Part shown: one piece after another, positions 36,775 through 43,421 of the stretch
Layout of the letters: the number at the start of each line of letters is the position of its first letter
Numbering within the stretch: position 1 is the first letter of the stretch
NCBI GenBank assembly: GCA_041499865.1
Contig: JBGQLA010000002.1
Location: 1-43,421 of the forward strand
DNA: 43,421 nt
Reading direction: 5' to 3'
Origin: Deltaproteobacteria bacterium
GTDB taxonomy: Bacteria; Myxococcota; Myxococcia; Myxococcales; 40CM-4-68-19
The notes under the pieces: model-generated
What the model saw: only the letters and a program-made list of their open reading frames with translations
Databases searched by the model: none
What the model was told of the DNA's origin: nothing
Position numbers and translations under genes: made by a program

Positions 36775-39458
36775 CAGAACGACCCCGAGGCGGTGAAGAG
36801 GACGCGCCGGCCGATCTGGTTGCCGAACGGGTGCTCGCGGTGCCCGTCGCCGAGCAGGTTGTAGAAGGCGATGCCGGTCTCCAGCTTGTCCTTCACCCAG
36901 CGGTATCCGACGCGCCCGTTCACCAGGGTGTAGGCAGGCACTTCATACGGCGTGAACACCACGCCTCCTGCGCTGGCGATGTCGAACGACTTCTCGAACC
37001 AGGTGACCGCCGACACGAAGTGCACGTCGAGGCCGAGATCGAAGTTCGCCCGCGTCCGCCAGGTCGCATTGAGGTTGATCTTGTGCTGCGCGGTGTTGGC
37101 CAGGGTGGCGGAAGCCTGCGTCGGTGCGCTGGCATCGTCGGTGCAGCCTCCCGAGGCGGTCACGCGGCAGGCGAACATCTTCTCGTACGAGTAGTTGAGG
37201 CCGAGGTCCACGCCGTCCGCCGGCGACCATCTTCCGCCCAGCTCCGCTCCGACGCCGAAGTAGCTGCCCGCTTCGTTCTCGAACCCGGTGTACCCGGCCA
37301 CGTACTGGTGCGTGGCCAAATCGACCGCCTGGGACGGGTCGGCGGGCGGCCGCAGCGCGCCGTCGGTGATCAGGTTCTGCACCCGCTCCGCGTACACCAC
37401 CACGTCGGGCTGGAAGCTTCCCATCCGGCCGCGGTAGCCGATCTCCGCCTGCAGCATCTGCTCCGGCCGCAGCGACTGGCTTCCCTGGAACCGGACGCCG
37501 AGCGCCGGCTGGCTGGGGATCGGCGCGAACAGGTCGATGTACGACTCGAGGAAGGTGGGGGCGCGGAAGGCGGAACCGAGGGTGAAGCGCACCACCTGCT
37601 CGGGTTTCACCTCGTAGAGCAGCGTGCCGCGCGGAGACTGCACCAGGCCGCCGGAGGTCACGCCCTGCGAGTACAGCAGCGGATGGCGGTCCACGCGGTA
37701 GGAGAGGACCAGCGAGAGCTTGCGGGAGATCTCCCACTCCTCCTGGAGGAAGGCGTTGAAGTGGTGCTCCTGCCAGGGGCTGCCGTCGGGGCGGGTGGCG
37801 AGGTAACCCCACTGCACGCTCTTGAACCGGTAGCCGGCGCCGATGCTCAGATGGTGCGCGCCGGCGGCCTTGTAGTCGAAGCCCGTCTGCGCGGAGAGGT
37901 CGAACACGTCGCTGCGCACGCTGCTCCTCAGGGAGATCACTCCGTCCGGCCAGTACTCCGGGCCGGTGGTCATCCGCAGCGCGTTCCAGAACGCCTTCAC
38001 CTTGGTGGGGCCGCTGTCCATCTCCAGACGAGCGAATCCGGACTGGCCGGTGGCGCCGAAGGTGCGCAGCGCTCCGAGCGGCACCACCTCCGTGGCGAAA
38101 TTGTCGAATCCTCCGCCCGCCAGGACCTGCGCCTTTCCCAGATCGTAGGTCGCGGAAAGGTCTGCGCGCTGCACCTCGCGGCTGCGGTTCGGCTGCGGGA
38201 ACTGCGCCGGCAGGTCCACGCGGTCGCTGGCGAAGTCGCGCGTCCACTTGTCGGCCCGGTCGTAGGCGAAGGTGGTGCGGTAGGTGAGCTTCCCGGTCTT
38301 GCCGCCGGTGCTGATGCCTCCCTGGACGGTGTCGTGGTTGCCGCCCTGGACGAACGCCCGCGCTCCCGAGATCTCCTCGCCGGAGCGGGTGATGATGTTC
38401 ACCACGCCCGCGAACGCGTTTGCGCCGTACAGCGCGGAACCCGGCCCGCGGATCACCTCGATGCGCGCGATGTCCGGCACCGCCACGTCGACCAGCGGCC
38501 AGAAGGTGCCGCCGAGGAAGTCCTGGTACACCGAGCGCCCGTCGACCAGCACCAGCACCTTGTTCGAGACCCGGCGGTTGAATCCGCGGATGGAGATGTT
38601 GGTGTCGCTCGGGTTCATCTCCGCGACGTCGATCCCCGGCACCCGCCGGAGGATCTCCGGGATGGTGGTCGCGCCGCTCATCCGGATCTCGTCCTCCCCG
38701 ATCACGGTGAGGGAGGCCGGCGTCTTCGCCTCCGAGCTGGAGCGGGCGGAGGCGGTGACCACCTGCTCCTCGAAGATGTCCTCGGTGCTCGCCTCGTGCG
38801 CTCCCGACAGCTCGGCGGCGATCTCGCGCGCCGTGGCGCGGGTGCGCGCGGAGATGGTCTCCGCCTCGAACATCTCCTCCTCGGCGCGGGCCGGCGCGGC
38901 CGCGGGCTTCTTCGCCACCGCCGGCTTCGCCGCCGGCGGCAAGGCAGCTGGAGCAGGTGCTGGCTGCTGCGCCTGGTGCTGCGCGATCAGCGCCTGGAGC
39001 TGGGCGATCAGCTTGTCGACGTCGACCGGCTGCTGCGGCGGCGTCGCTTTGGCCTCGACCGCTGGCGGCGCTGGCGCAGGGCCCGGCGGCGGCGCGCCGA
39101 TCGCCGCCTGCAGGCGCTGCATGACGCTGAGCACCTGGTCCTTGTCCACCGGGTCGGTGGCGACGTACTGGCGGAAGTAGCTGAGCGCCTCCTGGATGTT
39201 CCCGAGGTCCACGTACGCCTTGGCGATGTCGTAGAGCACGTCGGGATGGGGCTTGATGGCGTACGCCTGCTTCAGCTCCGCGATGCCCTGCTCCATCCGT
39301 CCCGCGGCGATCAGCGACATGCCTTCGCGGAAGTGCCGCTTGGCGTCCGCGCGCGCGTCGGCCATCGCCGCGGGCCCGATCAGGGCCGCGAGCAGGAACG
39401 CCGCGCAGATCCTTCCCCGCGCGCCTGCAAGGCGGCGCGCGCCTCTCCAGATGGTCAT
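36774..39458 (-). CDS. TonB-dependent outer-membrane receptor with N-terminal TPR, Pro/Ala linker and coiled-coil extension
   Basis: Signal peptide ...AAFLLAALIGPAAMA. TPR-like KRHFREGMSLIAAGRMEQGIAELKQAY...YDIAKAYVDLGNIQEALSYFRQYV. Plug region VVTASARS...SLTVIGEDEIRMSGATTIPEILRRVPGIDV and NISIRGF. Long beta-barrel ending ...FTASGSF. Confidence 0.88.
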   Translation of the reverse strand: MTIWRGARRLAGARGRICAAFLLAALIGPAAMADARADAKRHFREGMSLIAAGRMEQGIAELKQAYAIKPHPDVLYDIAKAYVDLGNIQEALSYFRQYVATDPVDKDQVLSVMQRLQAAIGAPPPGPAPAPPAVEAKATPPQQPVDVDKLIAQLQALIAQHQAQQPAPAPAALPPAAKPAVAKKPAAAPARAEEEMFEAETISARTRATAREIAAELSGAHEASTEDIFEEQVVTASARSSSEAKTPASLTVIGEDEIRMSGATTIPEILRRVPGIDVAEMNPSDTNISIRGFNRRVSNKVLVLVDGRSVYQDFLGGTFWPLVDVAVPDIARIEVIRGPGSALYGANAFAGVVNIITRSGEEISGARAFVQGGNHDTVQGGISTGGKTGKLTYRTTFAYDRADKWTRDFASDRVDLPAQFPQPNRSREVQRADLSATYDLGKAQVLAGGGFDNFATEVVPLGALRTFGATGQSGFARLEMDSGPTKVKAFWNALRMTTGPEYWPDGVISLRSSVRSDVFDLSAQTGFDYKAAGAHHLSIGAGYRFKSVQWGYLATRPDGSPWQEHHFNAFLQEEWEISRKLSLVLSYRVDRHPLLYSQGVTSGGLVQSPRGTLLYEVKPEQVVRFTLGSAFRAPTFLESYIDLFAPIPSQPALGVRFQGSQSLRPEQMLQAEIGYRGRMGSFQPDVVVYAERVQNLITDGALRPPADPSQAVDLATHQYVAGYTGFENEAGSYFGVGAELGGRWSPADGVDLGLNYSYEKMFACRVTASGGCTDDASAPTQASATLANTAQHKINLNATWRTRANFDLGLDVHFVSAVTWFEKSFDIASAGGVVFTPYEVPAYTLVNGRVGYRWVKDKLETGIAFYNLLGDGHREHPFGNQIGRRVLFTASGSF

Positions 39459-39475
39459 TGGGCTACTCACGGTTG

Positions 39476-41143
39476 TCAGTACGGGTCTTCCTTGTAGCCG
39501 ACGGATCTCTTGCCGGGCCGCGACTCGTACGGGGCCGCCTTCGCGTCCTTCATCACGATGTTCAGCGACATGCGCTCGCCGCCGACCTTCCGCTTGATCC
39601 AGGCCGCCCGGTACCCGTGATGGCGGAGCGCGAGCTGGAGTGGCGCGCCGGAAGGCACGCGCAGATCGAACGGCGTGGTCCCGAGGAAGCGGTCCGCGGC
39701 GTCGCGCACCTCGGCGCCGGCGGGCGTGCTGGTCAGCGTCACCAGCGTGGTGCCCGCCGTCGCGGCCTGGTACGCGGTCCGTGCCGGCTCGGGCGCAGGC
39801 GCCGGCTCGGGCTGCGCCGGGGTCGCGGCGACGACGGGAATGGGTGCCGGCGGGGGCGGATTCTGCGGCGCGGGCGCGACCGCCAGACGCGCCGGCGCGC
39901 GGAGCACGATCGCGGCGGCGGCGATCCCCGCGAGGAGGATGAGGCCGGAGGGGAGCAGGATGCGCAGCGCCGAGGTGGGCCTGGTTGGGAGCGCCGCTTC
40001 GGTGGGCGGCGGCGAAGTCGCCGGCCGCGCAACCGGGTACTCGTCGACCAGCGCGTCGGCCGGCGGCGGCGGCGGCCGGGGGATGCCGGTGACGCCGTAC
40101 GCGGGGGTCGGCCGCGCCACGGTGAGCGGCTGGCTCGGCGTGCGCAGGGCGGGCTGCGGCGTGGGCGGCGTCTGGCCGGCGAGCGCCGCGTTCTGCTGCA
40201 TCGGCGGGAGCGAGCTGGGCGTGGGAATTCCCGTGAGCCGCGCGCGCGCCGCCTTCAGCTGCACCAGCAGCTCGTCCATCGACTGGAACCGGTCCTCGCG
40301 CGCCTTCGACATGCACCGGAGCACGATCGCCTCGAGGTCTGGCGCGATCTGCAGATCCGGCCGCAGCTCGCTGGGCGGAACCGGCGCGTCGTGCAGGTGC
40401 TTGAGGATGATGTCGACCGGCGCCCCGGCGGTGAACGGCACCCGCGCGGTGAGCATGTGGTAGAGGAGCACGCCCAGCGAGTAGATGTCGCAGCGCTGGT
40501 CCGGGCCCTGGTTGCGCGCCTGCTCCGGCGCGATGTAGTGCGGCGAGCCCATGAAGGTGCCGGCGTTGGTGATGTCGCCCTCGGCGTTGTCGCCGTGGAA
40601 GAACTTCACCAGGCCGAAGTCCAGCACCTTCACGAAGTCGTGGTCGTCGTGCTGGACCAGCAGCATCACGTTCGCGGGCTTAAGGTCGCGGTGGATGATG
40701 CCCAGGGCGTGCGCCTCGCGCAGCGAGCGGCAGATCTGCTGGGCGATGTGGATCACGCGCTCCTGGGCGAGGGGGCCCTCCGCCTGCATCACCTGCGAGA
40801 GCGTGCGCCCGGCGAGGTACTCCATGGCGATGTAGAGAACGCCGTCGTCGGTGCGGCCGTAATCGTACAGCGTGATCGTGTTCGGGTGCGTCAGCCGGGC
40901 GGTGACGCTCGCCTCGAGGAAGAAGCGCTTGTAGAAGTTCGGGTCCCGATCGTGCCCGGCGCCGAGGACCTTGAGGCCGACCACCCGATCCAGGGGCGCC
41001 TGCATCGCCTTGTAGACGCGGCCCATTCCGCCGTGCCCGATGACCTCGACGATCCGGTAGCGATCGTTGAGGACGCGGCCGAGCAACGGATCCGCGTCTC
41101 CTCCCGTGGCCGGGAGGTCAGGGGCAGGCTGCGCACCAGGCAT
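39476..41143 (-). CDS. Membrane Hanks-type Ser/Thr protein kinase with extracytoplasmic PEGA domain
   Basis: GHGGMGRVYKA, HRDLKPANVML, DFGLV and GSPHYIAPE. TM segment ILLPSGLILLAGIAAAAIVL. C-terminal PEGA-like TSTPAGAEV...LGTTPF...HHGY. ATG at 41143 preferred over the TTG at 41236. Confidence 0.85.
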   Translation of the reverse strand: MPGAQPAPDLPATGGDADPLLGRVLNDRYRIVEVIGHGGMGRVYKAMQAPLDRVVGLKVLGAGHDRDPNFYKRFFLEASVTARLTHPNTITLYDYGRTDDGVLYIAMEYLAGRTLSQVMQAEGPLAQERVIHIAQQICRSLREAHALGIIHRDLKPANVMLLVQHDDHDFVKVLDFGLVKFFHGDNAEGDITNAGTFMGSPHYIAPEQARNQGPDQRCDIYSLGVLLYHMLTARVPFTAGAPVDIILKHLHDAPVPPSELRPDLQIAPDLEAIVLRCMSKAREDRFQSMDELLVQLKAARARLTGIPTPSSLPPMQQNAALAGQTPPTPQPALRTPSQPLTVARPTPAYGVTGIPRPPPPPADALVDEYPVARPATSPPPTEAALPTRPTSALRILLPSGLILLAGIAAAAIVLRAPARLAVAPAPQNPPPPAPIPVVAATPAQPEPAPAPEPARTAYQAATAGTTLVTLTSTPAGAEVRDAADRFLGTTPFDLRVPSGAPLQLALRHHGYRAAWIKRKVGGERMSLNIVMKDAKAAPYESRPGKRSVGYKEDPY

Positions 41144-41168
41144 CGAAATGGCACTCCAGTCGGCAACA

Positions 41169-41194
41169 GGCGCGGAACCCCCCGGTTCCGCGCC
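41169..41194. promoter_or_regulatory. Perfect 11 bp GC hairpin/palindrome in the divergent intergenic region
   Basis: GGCGCGGAACC-CCCC-GGTTCCGCGCC, 26 nt upstream of the kinase operon start and about 65 nt upstream of the carboxyltransferase gene. Confidence 0.35.
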
Positions 41195-41260
41195 CTTGCA
41201 AAAAGCTACTGCGTTGTTCCAGCCTGGGTCAAACAATCAAGGATCTGATACGGAAGCGCC

Positions 41261-42796
41261 ATGTCGATGCGGAAGAAAGTGGAAGAGTTGGAGCAGCGTC
41301 GCGCGCAGGCGAAGAAGATGGGCGGAGAGGCCCGGCTCGCCCGGCAGAGGGAGCGCGGGAAGTTGGACGCGCGCGCCCGCCTGGACTTGCTCCTCGATCC
41401 CACTACCTTCAATGAGATTGGGCTTTTGGCCACGCACCTGGGCAAGCCGGACTCTCAAACGCCCGCCGACGGCGTCGTCTGCGGCACGGGACTGATCGAC
41501 GGTCGTCCGGTGTGTGTGGCTTCCTACGACTTCACCGTACACGGCGGCAGCATCGGGCCGGTCGGCGAGCGCAAGGTGACGCGGCTGCGGGAGCTGGCGC
41601 TCCGCGAGCGCATTCCGATGATCTGGCTGGTGGATTCCGCCGGCGCCCGGCTCTCGGCGGACCCGGAGGAGGCGGCCTGGATCAGCTCGTTCGCGGACAC
41701 CGGATATCTGTTCCGCGAGCAGGTGGTGATGAGCGGCGTGGTGCCACAGGTGGCGGCCATGGTCGGCCCAGGCGCCGCCGGAACGGCCTACATCCCGGGC
41801 CTGGCGGACTTCGTGCCGATGGTGCGCGGGACCTCGTCGATCGCCATCGGCGGGCCATATCTGGTGAAGAGCATCGTCGGCGAGGACGTGACCGAGGAGG
41901 CGCTCGGGGGATCGAAGGTCCACACCGAGGTGAGCGGCGTCGCCGACCTGGAGGTGGCGAGCGACGCGGAGTGCCTGGCCGCGGTGCGCGAGTACCTCTC
42001 CTACTTCCCCTCCCGCTGCGGAGAGAAGCCGCCGCGGCAGCCGTCCTCGGACCCGAAGGACCGGCGCGAGGAGAAGCTGCTGGACATCGTCCCCGAGAAC
42101 CCGCGGCAGGCTTACGACGTGCACAAGGTGATCGCCGCGGTGGTCGACGGCGGCAGGCTCTTCGAGATCAAGCCGCGCTGGGCGCGCAACATCGTCACCG
42201 GGCTGGCGCGCATCGACGGGTGGTCGGTCGGGGTGGTGGCGAACAACCCGATGCAGGCGGGCGGCGTGCTGGACGTGAACGCGGCCGACAAGGCGGCGCG
42301 CTTCGTCAATCTCTGCGACGCCTTCGGGATCCCGCTGGTGTTCCTGCAGGACGTGCCGGGCTTCATGGTCGGGTCGAAGGTCGAGCAGCAGGGGATCATC
42401 CGGCACGGCGCGAAGATGCTCTACGCCATCGCCTCGGCGACGGTGCCCAAGCTCACGGTGGTGCTGCGCAAGGCGTACGGCGCCGGGTACTACGTGATGA
42501 ACGGGCGGGCGTACGAGCCGGATCTGCTGGTGGCGTGGCCGGGCGCGGAGATCAGCGTGATGGGCGCGGAAGGCATGGTGGCGATCGCCGCCAACAAGCA
42601 GACCGACGAGGTGAAGAAGCAGCTCGCGGAGGCGATCCGGCCGCACATCGACATCCAGAAGACCGCCGCGCTGGGCTACGTGGACGACGTGATCGATCCC
42701 CGCGAGACGCGCCCGCTGCTCGCGCATTATCTCAAGATCTGCGAAGGGAAGAAGGTCGAGCGCCCCTGGCGCAAGCGGGAGATCTCGCCCGTCTAG
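41261..42796 (+). CDS. Acyl-CoA carboxylase carboxyltransferase (beta) subunit, propionyl-/methylmalonyl-CoA family
   Basis: 511 aa. GKLDARARLDLLLD, a two-lobed crotonase-like carboxyltransferase with GGSIGPVGERK, and AYGAGYYVM. Confidence 0.9.
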   Translation: MSMRKKVEELEQRRAQAKKMGGEARLARQRERGKLDARARLDLLLDPTTFNEIGLLATHLGKPDSQTPADGVVCGTGLIDGRPVCVASYDFTVHGGSIGPVGERKVTRLRELALRERIPMIWLVDSAGARLSADPEEAAWISSFADTGYLFREQVVMSGVVPQVAAMVGPGAAGTAYIPGLADFVPMVRGTSSIAIGGPYLVKSIVGEDVTEEALGGSKVHTEVSGVADLEVASDAECLAAVREYLSYFPSRCGEKPPRQPSSDPKDRREEKLLDIVPENPRQAYDVHKVIAAVVDGGRLFEIKPRWARNIVTGLARIDGWSVGVVANNPMQAGGVLDVNAADKAARFVNLCDAFGIPLVFLQDVPGFMVGSKVEQQGIIRHGAKMLYAIASATVPKLTVVLRKAYGAGYYVMNGRAYEPDLLVAWPGAEISVMGAEGMVAIAANKQTDEVKKQLAEAIRPHIDIQKTAALGYVDDVIDPRETRPLLAHYLKICEGKKVERPWRKREISPV

Positions 42797-42983
42797 CCCG
42801 GTCGCGCCGGCTGTCCCGCCGCCGCGGGAGTCCGCGCGCTGCCGTGGGGACTAGCTCGGCGCGGGGTCGCGCCGGCTGTCCCGCAGCGCCGCGGGAGTCC
42901 GCGCGCTGCCGTGGGGACTAGCTCGGCGCGGGGTCGCGCCGGCTGTCCCGCAGCGCCGCGGGAGTCCGCGCGCTGCCGTGGGA
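42793..42983. repeat. Three tandem copies of the CTAG-bounded GC-rich repeat (58, 67 and 66 nt)
   Basis: Units start at 42793, 42851 and 42918; units 2 and 3 are essentially identical. The first CTAG contains the TAG stop of the carboxyltransferase gene. No unique spacers separate the units. Confidence 0.9.
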
Positions 42984-43002
42984 CTGAGATGGTTGGAGTT
43001 GT

Positions 43003-43421
43003 CTAGGCCGTCGGCTGCTCCCGGCGCGCGGCCGGGAGGCGGAGGATCTCGCGCGCCTGCGCCGGTGTCGCCACCTCGCGGCCCACGGCCCGGGCCAACT
43101 CGGCCACCTTGGCGACCAGCTCGAAGCTGCCCTTCGCCAGCACGCCCTTGCCCAGGTAGATGTTGTCCTCGATGCCGCAGCGCGCGTGTCCGCCCATGCG
43201 CAGCGAGAGGGCGGCCATCGGCAGCTGGTGCTTGCCCAAGCCTGCTACATTGAATGTACAACCGCGCGGCAGCTTGGCGGCGAGGAACCTGAGATTTTCC
43301 TCGCTGGCCTGGATCCCGCCGCGCACGCCGAGGACGAAGTCGAAGTGCGCGGGCAGGTCGATCACGCCCTCCTGCGCCAGCCGCAGGCAAGCTTCGACGT
43401 GGCCCACGTCGTAGCACTCCA
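43003..43421 (-). CDS. 3-keto-5-aminohexanoate cleavage enzyme family (BKACE/DUF849) protein, C-terminal part (5' end outside the window)
   Basis: ECYDVGH..., GGHARCGIEDNIYL and a C-terminal ELVAKVAELARAVGREVATPAQAREIL pattern typical of BKACE TIM-barrel enzymes. Confidence 0.8.
   Translation of the reverse strand, partial: ECYDVGHVEACLRLAQEGVIDLPAHFDFVLGVRGGIQASEENLRFLAAKLPRGCTFNVAGLGKHQLPMAALSLRMGGHARCGIEDNIYLGKGVLAKGSFELVAKVAELARAVGREVATPAQAREILRLPAARREQPTA

Noticed and set aside
41149-41164. Sigma54 promoter TGGCAC-N5-TCGGC
   Set aside because: The -12 GC dinucleotide is displaced by one nt relative to the -24 GG, which normally abolishes sigma54 recognition. It is kept only as a note within the intergenic finding.
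42793-42983. Tandem repeats considered as a CRISPR array
   Set aside because: The units abut each other with no unique spacers, there are only three copies, the unit length is 66-67 nt, and no cas genes lie nearby.
43160-43414. Plus-strand ORFs 42978-43253 and 43160-43414 opposite the BKACE gene
   Set aside because: They are antisense to a gene with clear family motifs, are Pro/Arg-rich, and have no start context.

Overview
Very GC-rich bacterial chromosomal segment. Gene content (two Hanks-type Ser/Thr kinases, PEGA domains, many lipoproteins and outer-membrane proteins) suggests Myxococcota, possibly Anaeromyxobacter-like; this is inference only. Most of the window is densely packed housekeeping genes with many 1-4 nt stop/start overlaps: pyk, coaD, rsmD, hisS, psd, tsaE, nnr, pdxJ, glmM, folP, ftsH, tilS, an acyl-CoA carboxyltransferase and a BKACE enzyme. 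Envelope and signalling modules sit between them. Three things stand out. (1) The 32.1-33.65 kb stretch between tilS and a large lipoprotein operon is the only long non-housekeeping gap. It holds an orphan intrinsic terminator preceded by a C-rich-loop hairpin (candidate sRNA), a ~570 bp lower-GC element bounded by ~100 bp imperfect inverted repeats with subterminal AATTC(A/G)GGA repeats, and two tandem paralogous ribbon-helix-helix mini-genes with their own promoter-like site and terminator. (2) A tightly coupled minus-strand operon (33646-41143) encodes a membrane Hanks kinase with a PEGA ectodomain, a TonB-dependent receptor with an N-terminal TPR plus coiled-coil extension, and a 1042 aa lipoprotein built of three repeated modules. 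(3) A 66-67 nt CTAG-bounded GC-rich repeat family occurs once at 33580 and three times in tandem at 42793, and its CTAG supplies the stop codons of adjacent genes. No rRNA, tRNA, CRISPR array, transposase or integrase was recognised. The many long Arg/Gly/Pro-rich alternate-frame ORFs in the track are treated as GC-driven artefacts.
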